A stretch of 64,000 bases of DNA from Octopus sinensis (GCF_006345805.1 NC_043005.1:16616001-16680000); one strand, 5' to 3'; positions 1 to 11,300 are shown, numbered from the stretch's first letter. Made by a program: numbers and translations. The notes: generated by a model from the sequence alone, not told the origin.

Positions 1-275
1 GGTAGACAGAAACTGAAAGAAGTCTGTCGTATGTATGTGTGTGTGTGGTGTGTCTCGGTGACTATGTTTGTCTCACACCATCGCTTGACAACCGGTATTG
101 GTGCGTTTACGTCCCCGTAACTTAGCGGAGCGGCAAAAGAGAACAGAATAAGTAACAAGCTTTAAAAGAAAAATAAATAAAAGCTGGGAGTTGATACATT
201 CGACTAAAAATTCTTCAAGTTGATGCCCCAGCATGGTCGCAATCAAATTACTGAAACAAGTAAGAGGTAAAAAAG
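1..275 (+). mobile_element. SINE family A, 3' part (cut by window edge)
   Basis: Matches the 3' two-thirds of full copies at 12474-12852 and 28738-29235 (gtagac.gaaactgaaagaag, microsatellite, gcttgacaacc...gactgaaacaagtaa). Confidence 0.85.
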
Positions 276-1200
276 GTAAAAAGGTTGTTTACTACTAGTA
301 CAGCAATAGCGGTTCTTTCTCGCTAATCCGTTGCTATTGTTTTCCTTCCCTAAGTTTCAAGCTTTGTGCTTATAATAGAATTGCTTTGATAACTTGGTGG
401 CTTTCTTTCAATCTATGACTCAGTAAAACGTTGGATTAACACATTACCAAAGAGGATGTTACTCATTCTGCAATTCTGCAATTTAACATCCGAATGTTTC
501 GTGTCCCGGATTTTAAACATAAGCTACTTTAGCAACAGCTTAGGATCTCATAATCTGCAAAGATCTCAGCATAATTAAAAAAAAGCGTACTGTATTTGAT
601 GGTATGTGATCGGTGTGTTAGCTGCATCCCAATTTCAGCAGCGCAAAATCAGAAAGGAAAATCGCTTTTAGGACATTGAAGTGTATAGGAGAGCGAAATT
701 TGTATTCAGGACTCGGGGTGCTTTTTGCGAAACAAGTTTTAGGAAAAAGAAAAGTACATCTTATAATTGCTATCAAATGCGGTATATGTTTTCAATTTTC
801 GTTATGTGCCATTTTTTTTAAGGAAACGGTTTCCAAGCTTAGTGCATTATCTATACTAAATCAAGCTGATTCTTTCTTACTCTGTTTATTGGAAATGGTT
901 TCAACATATTTTTGTTCAAAACACTGAGTGGAGGACGGGTGGATGAGAGAAAGTTCGAAGCGTGCTACCGAATTTCTTCCTAATAAATTAAAGAAAAGAA
1001 CAGATGTTAAATGGGTTTAAATACATAGGCTACATACTGGAGCTTCAATGCAACTCTTGTTTCTCCTAAGTTTCGTTTCTAGATGGCTGGTATTGTGAAT
1101 TCTAAATACCTTATTTACCTTTTCTACACAGACAGCCAGGCAACTAAAACTAGAGTTGTCCTCTATGCCTTCATGGTTATGTCGGTACAACCACCAACTA

Positions 1201-1545
1201 TTAATTAGTGCTTTCTACACATGTAATCGTTAAACTTGGCCATTGACGTCTCCGACTTGACTTTAGGAACTTCAAGATAAGCCGGTTCTTCAAATGTATT
1301 GTGAGAAACAACAGCATCACACAGCGGAGAATCGGCAGTAATCGACGCCTCAGGCGATTCAAGAACTTTACCCGGCGTCTCAGGTAACTCAGAAATTTCA
1401 GGTATTCCAAGAATAACAGGAACCTCGGCTACTGTAATGACTGACTGGGTTGTGAGCTTCAGAAGTTGAACTATAATGTCGTTCTAACACATTTCCACCC
1501 ACACTCACTTCAAAATTCACAGCTCCCAACTGTCGGTTAACAGTG
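1201..1545 (-). mobile_element. Gypsy-like LTR retrotransposon integrase C-terminal fragment
   Basis: Manual minus-strand translation gives VNRQLGAVNFEVSVGGNVLERH / frameshift / IVQLLK...PEISELPETP...NDYMCRKH*, resembling the G-x-V-x-Y-x-V...RH-x-x-QL tail of Gypsy integrases. Confidence 0.5.
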
Positions 1546-1588
1546 CCTTCCAACCCAGCTTTCACCAGCTTTAAAATTTCCTTCCTGC

Positions 1589-1735
1589 CTCCGTCTTCCC
1601 TCCTTTGGATCTTTCCTTTTCCTATGTTTTTGATGAAGAGCTCCGCTCGAAACGTTAAACCTTCCTTCTTTCCTGAGCGTCCAATAATACTATACCACGT
1701 CCTCGCGTTGTTGTGTTTTCATGTTTGGATTAACT
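1589..1735 (+). mobile_element. Hammerhead-bearing Penelope-like pLTR fragment, family H1
   Basis: Homologous to 10405-10607(-) and 21261-21420(-); hammerhead-like motif at 1626-1660, then a T-rich tail ending at (TA)n. Confidence 0.7.
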
Positions 1736-1748
1736 TTATATATACATG

Positions 1749-1784
<36 letters not shown>

Positions 1785-2426
1785 CATACTTTTTAAAGGT
1801 ACGCAGCGGATGTAAATATCTTCGTCTTCTGTTCCACATTATATTGAACCCTTAGAATGCGACGACGAATTTCTGGTATCAGTACATGAAAGACAGTCCG
1901 TAAGAGTCGTTTAGATTCAGAGAAGTCGCAGCTGTTGAAGGCGAAGTAATTCTGAAAGAGAACAGGATCCTGTTGACCTTAATTTCGAGTGTCCTTTCCC
2001 GTCCATTCTCGTTTTCATTATCTTTGAATGTTTGAAGGATGCACTCAGCTCGGCAGTTAGAGTAGGGGTTATACGTTGCGGTGAATAAATACCTTATTCC
2101 ATAATTTTTTACTAACGAAACACGAACCAGTCACTAATACCACAGGCAGACCTTGAATGAACTCAGAACATAAAGGACCATAACTAAATACTTCAAGGCA
2201 TGTTTTCGACGCTCGAACGATTCTGCCATTGGTCTTATATCAAAACAGTTCTTCCTTTGTCAGCGTGTTGGACAAATTCAAAACTATCCTAATTTCATTT
2301 GCCTGCCTTCTTTTCATTTTCTCCACCTCTAGTAGAAACACTGGCCTGGCTGCTATTTCTAACATGTCGAGCGACCACAAAGTTTTGCCCTTTGGTTTTG
2401 AGTCTAGTGTTGTTGGTATGATAAAC

Positions 2427-2659
2427 AAGGCGGCGAGCTGGCAGAAACGTTAGCACGCCGAGCGAAATGCTTAGCGGTATTTCGTCCGTCTTTACGTTGT
2501 GAGTTCAAATTCCGCCGAGGTCGACTTTGCCTTTCATCCTTTCGGGGTCGATAAATTAAGTACCAGTTACGCACTGGGGTCGATGTAATCGACTTAATAC
2601 CTATGGCTGTCCTTGTTTGTCCCCTCTGTGTTTAGCCCCTTGTGGGTAATAAAGAAATA
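2427..2659 (+). mobile_element. SINE family B, full length, 11-bp TSD
   Basis: A-box-like TGGCAGAAACG, B-box GAGTTCAAATTCC, tail AATAAAGAAATA; direct repeat GGTATGATAAA at 2415-2425 and 2660-2670; about a dozen related copies in the window. Confidence 0.9.
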
Positions 2660-3864
2660 GGTATGATAAAGATACGTTAAACAATGATTGTCACAAATTT
2701 CCTCACCTTGTTTCCTATTTTCGTAATTTGAAGGCGCTATATAGATAATACAACTGAACCTCGTAAGAATTTTACCCAGAAAGATAAAATGCAAAAATAC
2801 ACACAATATAATGTCTGCGCTTACGTATGTAGTGTCATTTCCAGTCCAACAATGCGCTTCTTCTCCAGTCTTGGCTGAATATAGTCAAAAGCTTTGTTAA
2901 TAAATAGCACAAACTGCTGATAAGTCAAAATTTTCTACTACTGCTAAAACATTGTTCAAACAGCTACAACAATTCTTCGATAACAGACACATGAATACTA
3001 AAAGCTAAAATTTATAAACACTTTTTACATATTTTCTTTATTTCCTTCTAGGATCGCTGGGTTTTAGTCTTCTAAAGCCAATGTTTATCATAGAGTTAGG
3101 AAAAAAAGTAAACAAATTGTTATGCTTAACAAAATTAATGTGGGTTAAACTTTTAAACTCATATCTAGCACCAAAATGCAGGAAGAACTGTGGATGCAGA
3201 CTATCTTTGATTTTACCGTTAATAAAATGAAGGAAGGAGTCGGTGACATAACGTGAGGTATGCGGTGAGCACAGAATGACCATTTTATACGTGTGTATGC
3301 CATAGTCGAAAGTATGTTATATTTGAGTAAGGTGGTGACCAACTTGGCTATTGTACAAGGTGACCAAAAACCACGTTATACAACTAGGAGGGACACAAAT
3401 AAATTTCACTAGTATTTTGACGGATGATTTGAAGTCAGAATTAGTGAGGTACTGAAGTCGATTAGCACAAGTAGCTGACTGGACACTTACACCATACCAA
3501 TGTGGTGAACTGGAATGATAACTGTGATGAGACGAAAAGATATTAATCAGCGTTAATGAAAATTACTTTCAAAAGAAGCAAAGGAAAGAATTCCTAAAAT
3601 TTCACTTCACCAAAATTAAATGGAGCCTGATCTTTGGTAATCTATGGTGACAAAAATCATTTTACCCTCAAACTGACATAATGCTGCAAATTTGTACGAA
3701 TGTGGGTCTTTATCGACTTTGAATGTTTGCAGAGTCGATCTCAATGCAGTTGGAACTCAGAATGGGAAGGGACTTTTAACTAAATACCAAAAGGTATTTT
3801 CTCCAAAGCTCCATCGATTCTGTTATCCACCGTCCCTAACTTTGCCAAAATAATGTTTAATATA

Positions 3865-4697
3865 AAGGGTGGGTAGAAAGGAACTAGGCATTACAATTTT
3901 TAGTATTACTGAAGTCATAACGAAAACATTTTTTAAACAGACAACACTAATGGAGATTTCCTATTTTCTCATTGTCTTATTTCTTATTTTCCAGATGGCC
4001 GGTCGTTTGACTGTTCAGGAGCTAAGATAGCAGCACGCTATGAAGTGTGGAATTCCATTGTTTTGGTTCAGAGATGATGGCACGCAAGGAAAGGTAAGCA
4101 TGCAACACTACGTCCAGAGACAATAAAAAGTTGTCATGCAAAGCTGATGACCACAAGCTTTGTGAACGATGCAAGAAGTGGCCGTCCAACCACATCCCGA
4201 TCAGCGGAGAGCGTGACAACAGTGCAGGAAATGTTTAATCGCAGCCCGCAAAAATCAACATGTCAAGTAGCTCGTGAAAGTGGACTAACAAGACACAATA
4301 TGTACGGTGTTGCATAAAGAACTGAATTTTCGTCCGTAGAAACCCATTCATTGCTAAAACCTGAACACTGTGAAAGCAGAAGTCCAGATCTCACTCTATG
4401 TGGTTTTTACCCGTGGGGTTACATAAAGAAGAGGTGTACAAGACAAAACCTCACACACTGGAGGACTTGGAGACATGGATTCAAGCAGTTCTCAAGATAT
4501 CCCAGACGACGTCCTCTAGAAGGTTGTTCATTCCATCCTTGGCCGTTTGAGGAAACTGGTTTATGCCACCGGTGCTTACGTTGAAATATAAAGATTTACT
4601 TTTATTTTCCCATGCATCATTTGTTTCAATAAGTTTGTAAAAGGAATATAGATTTTATTACCAATTTTTAATGCCTACTTACTCTTCACCCACCCTG
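3865..4697 (+). mobile_element. Tc1/mariner-like transposon, internally deleted and degenerate
   Basis: Imperfect TIRs ((c/a)AGGGTGGGT...AGGCATTA), TA on both flanks; N-terminal HTH-like MAGRLTVQE...RSGRPTTSRS and C-terminal SPDLTLCGFYPWGYIK remain; catalytic middle missing. Confidence 0.85.
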
Positions 4698-4853
4698 TAT
4701 ATAATGATTTCCATTAATAACGTTAGAAATTTCACCAAAATAACAATACTGCTTTCATTTGTCCATCTACAAAATACTTTATAATACTAATGTTAATTGT
4801 TAGCTCTAGGTTAGTCTAGAACAAGTCTAGATTAGTCATGAACAAGTCTAGAA

Positions 4854-5159
4854 TAAACGGGCCACTTTAATCAAAGAAAGTTGAGGGCCGCTTGTATTCT
4901 GACATAAATGAAAACATTTTGCTTTCTCATGCTATTATAAACAATAATGCATGAATGATCATCGATTAAAGCATGAAATATTATCGTTACAAAAACAGCA
5001 ATATCTTTCGTTTTCACTTTTCCTTACAATCTTTAATTTTTGATAAAATTTTTTAAAAGGTTTGTTTAAATAAACATATTTCCAGAAAGTATCAAGCAAG
5101 CCGCAAAATAAAAGTCTGCAGAGCGTTGTAGCCTACGGATCTTAGGGTGGCCAACCCTG
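4854..5159. mobile_element. hAT-like MITE, left end eroded
   Basis: Right end GGGTGGCCAACCCTG; 8-bp direct repeat GTCTAGAA at 4846-4853 and 5160-5167. Confidence 0.55.
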
Positions 5160-5196
5160 GTCTAGAATAAGCAGCCGTGAACATATATATATATAT

Positions 5197-5388
5197 AATT
5201 ATAATTTAGGGTATCTAAGAGATATCTCCACGCTGGAAATAGCAGCCAAAACTTGACTCTAAAACCACATTAAATGTTCATACAGCACCAGGAGAGAAGA
5301 CAAAAAGGACAAAATAAACCAGCAAAAAATTACTGGATCCAATAACTTCCAGCGTGGAGGTATCTCTTAGATACCCTAAATTATAATT
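5197..5388. repeat. 42-bp inverted repeat with 108-bp spacer
   Basis: 5197-5238 matches the reverse complement of 5347-5388 at 41 of 42 positions. Confidence 0.9.
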
Positions 5389-6490
5389 TTAATAATAATT
5401 ATTACCTTTGAAGGTTTTTATTCCCATGCTGGCCGCTTGATAAGATCGATATTTAATTTAACGATCTTATCCTTACATATATAAATATATATATATATAA
5501 ATCAGTGTATCTAAGACTACTTTATCTAATGTGTCCTTCCTGCTTTGAAGGAGATTTGACTGATATTCATTGAATATCGAACGACTACATCGAGGCTGTT
5601 TACAAGTCACATGTGTTTACAACACACAGCTTACCTGTGATTACATCTGGTGATTACATGGACAAATATGAACGGTAATCACTCAGAGACAACAAAGGTA
5701 TTTCGACGTGGTCGTTCGACTTAAAACAGCATCTAGATCTCCTTCAAATCACATAAGTATGATCTTTGGAGAAAAAAAAATGAAAAGACACATTAGATAA
5801 TGAAGTCCTAGATCTTCCTAACAGACATTACTGTCACGGTTGGAATGCCTTTGATCATAGCTCTATTCAATCGAGTTTTGACCTGGAACTAAACAACAAG
5901 GAATATATGGACGAGTCAACTTAAGACCTTGTCTGTAGTCGTTCAGACTTGTAGAAACAGTAGCTAAATCTCAGCTTATTATTATTATCATGTTTTTAAT
6001 AAACACCCTACAAAGTAAAGACACATTTAACAACATAGCCCTCTAGATACATTTTAAGCAACATGGTGGTCATGGCGGGAACGCCTTTAGATCGTCGGTA
6101 TATTCTGCCAGATCTAAGTAACAAGGACGTATGAGATAAAAAGTCACAGCCGAGAAGAGGGCTTGTGAGAGCGTGGGTGAAGGGTGTACATCGCAGACGG
6201 TCAGGCAATTTCTCCTGAAACCACAGAAAATGTTTCTATAAAATGAAGACCAAGATTCACAGAAAGGAAGAGAACCGGAAGACTCTCCGTACCGTACTCT
6301 TCATAAAATTCCTCTGATAGGCCAAGTTAAGGAACGGGGAAAGTACGGTCTCTCGAGGAAAAAATATTTGGTTTTGCATTAAAGCATTCATTTTGTTGAT
6401 GACACATTGTCTAATAATGCAATAGTATTCCCTGATCTGTTCTGGTTAAGCATCCAAATGCACGCCCGTGCATATATATATATATATATA

Positions 6491-6671
6491 TATAGATCGT
6501 TAGCCACTACACACATTTTTTTCTCTCCTTGTTTTTTCTGTGTCCCTTTCTGTAGAAGAGCGTAGGCTCGAAACGTAAAAGACTTTTTCTATTCCTGAGC
6601 GTTATACTAATACATCTGTTTGTTTTGTACACCACCTGTCTTCGTCTTTTGTTTTTTTCGTAAACTCTCCC
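6491..6671 (+). mobile_element. Hammerhead-variant Penelope-like short element, family H2
   Basis: (TA)n on both sides; homologous to 16395-16582(-); motif CTTT-CTGTAGA-A-GAGC-GTAG-GCTC-GAAA-CG-TA-AAAG at 6546-6581. Confidence 0.7.
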
Positions 6672-6713
<42 letters not shown>

Positions 6714-7247
6714 TACATACAGATAGATAGATGAGGAATTATGATAAACAGTTTCTGACACATATATTAAATCAAAGACTGGCATTTCTGGTATTATCTG
6801 CTACTCTTTCATAATACCGTTTTCATACAACAGGAGAAATACAATTCAAGAATATAAATATTAATATGAATTAAATGAATTCAAAATATTAATATATCTC
6901 TTTCAATGTAAACCATGCGCGTTTCTTCGGATAAAGTCTCAAAAATAATTTCAAAGGCTTTGTCATATCTTTATTCATATTAATTAATATTTATATTCGT
7001 ATTAATATTTAATATTCATGAAATGCATTTCTCAGATTGTCAAGAAATGACCGCAATAAAAGAATTTAAGACATCATAAATTCCAGTCTTTGATTTAAAA
7101 GAAGTGACCGATCTACTTAACCTAGAATTTCAGTTTGTATGGATAATCTTCTTCAAGATAAATCATCTACGCATATACACTTTGATAGCCAGCATTCACA
7201 GAAATGCTTACTGAAGATCCAGCTGGGATCTTCATGCCATTTATCTG

Positions 7248-7310
<63 letters not shown>

Positions 7311-7588
7311 ATATAATAGAAATATTAAAATTACTAAGTCTCTCTAGAGGAGATTACGGCAGCGTTACTGGAAATTAATAGTTATTGCCATACTTATATG
7401 TGTGTCAAATAGCTAGCTTGAGGCGGTGGCCTCTCGGAGCTAATCAGCGACAGCTTTAGTCTTATATTTATAAGACTGCCATATAAGTATGGCGATAACT
7501 ATTAATTATATATATATATATATATATATATCGTTTTGGGATTGGATTTGCAAGATTCTTTATGTGAGTTCGTGTGTTGAAGCATATT

Positions 7589-7811
7589 CTGTTGTGTCTG
7601 GGGAGAGTAATTCTCTTTTGGTGCCTTATAACTTAACACACTCACCGGTAAAATTTCAGCTTTGACTCTCAAATCTATTGAAACGGTCCGAAAAGGTTGC
7701 AAGACACAACGAAAATTTTAGAAAAATTTTTTTAAATAAGTGGAAATTTTAACGGTGAGTGTGTTAAATTATAAGTCACCAAAAGAGAATGAGTCTCCCC
7801 AGACACAACAG
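7589..7811. mobile_element. Foldback/MITE with ~70-bp inverted arms
   Basis: 7589-7657 is the reverse complement of 7743-7811 with few mismatches; a diverged relative of its left portion lies near 34785-34865. Confidence 0.75.
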
Positions 7812-8169
7812 TATATATATATATATATATAGGTTATAAAATGAGATAGGGGTTGAAAATTCAACCCACCATGGAATATATATATATATATAACAAAGGG
7901 TAAAATTAATTAATTAACCAGTAATCAAATCTTTGCTAAACTTCGGTATTTGGTAAAGCAAATCTTTGCTGAACCCTATTATAAAGTATATATATATATA
8001 TCGTCGGTAAGTCATAAACCCGACGGGCTTCTTTCAGTTTCCTTCTACCAAATCCACTCACACACTGTATCGATCAGACTATCGCATGTTGCTGTACACC
8101 GCTGGTTACAATGCGCTTCCTCACATTGTAGCTCTTGAGACCAACATTTCAATTATGCGCCAGTCTGCT

Positions 8170-8315
8170 GCAGGGTTAGCCATTTTACAGCCGAGTAGAC
8201 TAGAGTAACGTCAAATGAAGCGTTTTGCTCAACAGCACGACGCACCGCCTGTCTGGGAACCGAAAATACAATCTTGAGATCGTGAGAGCAACACCCAAAA
8301 CCTCTCGGCCATGCT
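8170..8315 (-). mobile_element. tRNA-derived SINE (family D), diverged 5' part
   Basis: Degenerate tRNA-like head and central segment shared with 50290-50410. Confidence 0.55.
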
Positions 8316-8387
8316 TTCACAAACACACACACATCATACACATTCACATACTACACATGCATAATCAAATCTAAAGAGTCAGTTTAA

Positions 8388-8776
8388 GGATCTTTTCCGT
8401 TTGAACGGCAGTTTTTAACATAATTTCAAGGTAACTAAAAAATTTTAAACTTCGTATACTGGTAGAATGTGTTTATAAAACATCTTTTTCTCTTTGGCTT
8501 TATTGAGAAAATTCTATAGTTTGTAAGATATTTGTTGTTTTTTCTTCAATTTCAACCAATCAATGACGTCCATTGAGGTAAAAAAAACATTCTGTGCCGT
8601 ATGAGTATGTCCCTCGTTTAAGAAACAGATTGGGTTTATTTACATTTGTGAAGAAAAAAAGATACCCCTAACCCTAAAACAGATTGAAATGCAATAGATC
8701 GATACTAGGTCATACCTATGGGTGACAATTTCATATGACACCGCTAGAAAAACTGCCGTTCAAACCGAAAAGATCC
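8388..8776. mobile_element. Non-autonomous DNA transposon, ~29-bp TIR starting GG, 8-bp TSD (Merlin-like)
   Basis: TIR GGATCTTTTC(C/G)GTTTGAACGGCAGTTTTT; CAGTTTAA at 8380-8387 and 8777-8784; second copy at 48729-49158. Confidence 0.85.
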
Positions 8777-8832
8777 CAGTTTAATTATTTCATAGCTAAT
8801 TATTAATTAGGTTCACGATAAATTTAAGACCC

Positions 8833-9452
8833 AACTGTAGTTTAATGCCCCACATAATTTCGTTTTCTTACAACCTTCTTTATTATGTATATCTTTTAAT
8901 GAAATTTTTACAGAGTTACGTTTTCGAAGGTGAAATTATGACTGCTTTGATGAAATTTAAAACAAAAGCAAAAATTATTGTTTTTTTTTATGGAGAAAGA
9001 AAATAAGTCCATACCCGCTCACGATCATTGCAACATAAAAAAATATCCATGACGTTATCCTAATTGATATCGTTCATTATCAACATAAAATTGGAAGGCA
9101 TGATAAAAAGAAAAAAATCAGAGCTTACGTGTAGCGACTACTACATTACAAATAAATGGAAAATATTTTATAATGCAAGCATTAATGAATACAGATAGAA
9201 AGCGTGAGGGATGATATCCTCAATTTACCACATTTCTCTTATCTAATATCATTACATTATGCTACGATCGTGAGCAAGCTATTAAATAGTTTTTGTCCTT
9301 TTTCTGAATAAAAACAAATTAATTTTTTTTTAATCCATCAACATAATAGTAATGTAAACCTTCGAAAGCGTTCCTCTTCAAAATTTCGTTAAAAAAGTTA
9401 TTAAAAAAGTTGTTAGGAATCGAAGACGTGATGGGGCGCTAAACTGTAGTTA
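8833..9452. mobile_element. Old foldback element with ~200-bp diverged inverted arms
   Basis: 8833-9035 aligns by eye with the reverse complement of 9256-9452 (e.g. aactgtagtttaatgcccca vs aactacagtttagcgcccca). Confidence 0.6.
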
Positions 9453-10404
9453 TGCCAAATATAATCCGTTTATTATTTTATTTTCTTTAATGCAAATTAA
9501 AAATGAAAAAAAATTTCTCCACTTCTGGTGTTGTCGATTGTATCGACCTCTTCCCACTCACCAACCCTAAGTACTTAACCAGCTATTTATTTTATCGATC
9601 TTAGTTTGATAATAAAGTAAAACAAATTTTTTTTTCACACGCGCATACAAAACCGGAGAAATCTATAAGGGAGAGAGATGTCTCTACTGAATTTGAATCT
9701 AGGCTAGATTTTAGGCTTCGTTTATTCTATAACGCAATTGGAGAACAATAACATCATTGGTTACAAGTTTCCACCGGACCAATTTCTGGTTTACGGCATT
9801 TCTGATGGTGTTAGTAGCGACCGAACAAATATAACAAAGGACGTCGTTCAAAGAATGTCGGATTTTCAGTTTTCTCAGTGTTTACATTTACCCACACATG
9901 CATAAGTGTATGTGTGTAAGAATAGAAAAACACTCGACGACACGCCAAAATTTTCATAGGTTCCGATCTATAATTGTTTCCGTGACACATGTGAAAACAG
10001 TCAGCTATATAAAAATTGCATAAATAATTGTAGCTATTAAATAAATCAAATGTGATGTGGAAAGTTATTTCATCAGGAACGTTTTTGATATGCAATTGTT
10101 ATACAGACGATAATGTTTATTATAGAGATGACAATGTTATAGAAACAGATGTAGAGCAGCCCCAATGAAATTTTTATAATATCATTGAGATTGTGTTTTC
10201 TTTTCTTCCAAATATTCTGCTCTGAGCACCCATTTTAACCAATTTTAAAACTTATGCAATATCATGTCTGCATATGACTACTGCACAACAAAAGCAATAA
10301 TAATAATAATAATATATTGGAGTTTAACGACGTTAAAAGATTGAGCTTTTGAATTCCATGGATATTTTTCCCCGATGAATAAGTATATAATTATATATAT
10401 AAAG

Positions 10405-10607
10405 TCAATCCAAACATAAAAACACCAAGAGAAAATACAACAACGCGAGGACGTGGAACAAATATAGTATTATTGGACGCTCAGGAAAGAAGGGAAGAAG
10501 AAGGGTTTTACGTTTCGAGCGGAGCTCTTCGTCAGAAACATAGGAAAAGGAAAGATCCAGAGAAGAGAAGACGGAGGGAAAAAAATTGCCAACGGTACAC
10601 ACGCGGT
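10405..10607 (-). mobile_element. Hammerhead-bearing Penelope-like short element, family H1 (best-preserved copy)
   Basis: TA-rich flanks on both sides; homologous to 1589-1735 and 21261-21420. Confidence 0.75.
10505..10539 (-). ncRNA. Minimal type I hammerhead ribozyme motif (dimer type)
   Basis: Minus strand GUUU-CUGACGA-A-GAGC-UCC-GCUC-GAAA-CG-UA-AAAC: intact core, 4-bp stems I and II, palindromic ACGU stem III, GUA cleavage triplet. Confidence 0.7.
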
Positions 10608-11120
10608 CACATATATAGTTCACTGTTCCGTAATAGGTGTAGGATCAACAAAAGAGTACTCTATCAAGTGAGAGATAAATATCATTTAATATAAACAATT
10701 TCTTCTCGTTTTTTTCTCATGTTTTCTCATAGCCCAGCGTCATGGTTTTCAAACACATCTCACTGGGCTTGAAAGTATTTCGGGGCAAATGGCATGTTAT
10801 ATACATCTGTAAATTTCAACTATATCGATTTTTTAACGGTGGAACTCGAAGTAGATGAAGCTATAAATTATAGCATGTAAATATTGCGTTTAAAACACCA
10901 TCGGTGGAAAAACTCTGAGTTCCACTGTTAAAAACGATTTATTTCATAACTCTCGAAGTCTCTAAATTCTTATGACATAAACTATACATGCAACTCCTCT
11001 TAGCCATAGGAATGCAAATGAGCGCAATGCAAATATAAGGAAAAGGCAGTACCGGACCTCTTATTCGACTTCCAGAAATCCGGGAATACGGTACAATATC
11101 ATGCAATATATTGTACCCTT

Positions 11121-11300
11121 AAGGCGGCGAGCTGGCAGAAACGTTAGCGCAGCAGGCGAAATGTTTAGCGTTATTTCGTTTGTCTTTACGTTCTGAGTTC
11201 AAATTCCGCCGAGGTCGACTTTGTCTTTCATCCTTTTGGTGTCGATAAATTAAGTACAAGTTGCATACTGGGGCCGATCTAATCGACTGACTCCCCAAAT
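11121..11300 (+). mobile_element. SINE family B, alternative-tail subfamily
   Basis: Head and body match 2427-2659; diverges after gatctaatcgactg. Confidence 0.85.

Noticed and set aside
300-930. Possible decayed transposase on the minus strand
   Set aside because: Multiple stops and no motif I can identify with confidence; needs tBLASTx.
10826-10936. ~20-bp inverted repeat pair
   Set aside because: Real, but most simply a small MITE remnant with nothing distinctive.
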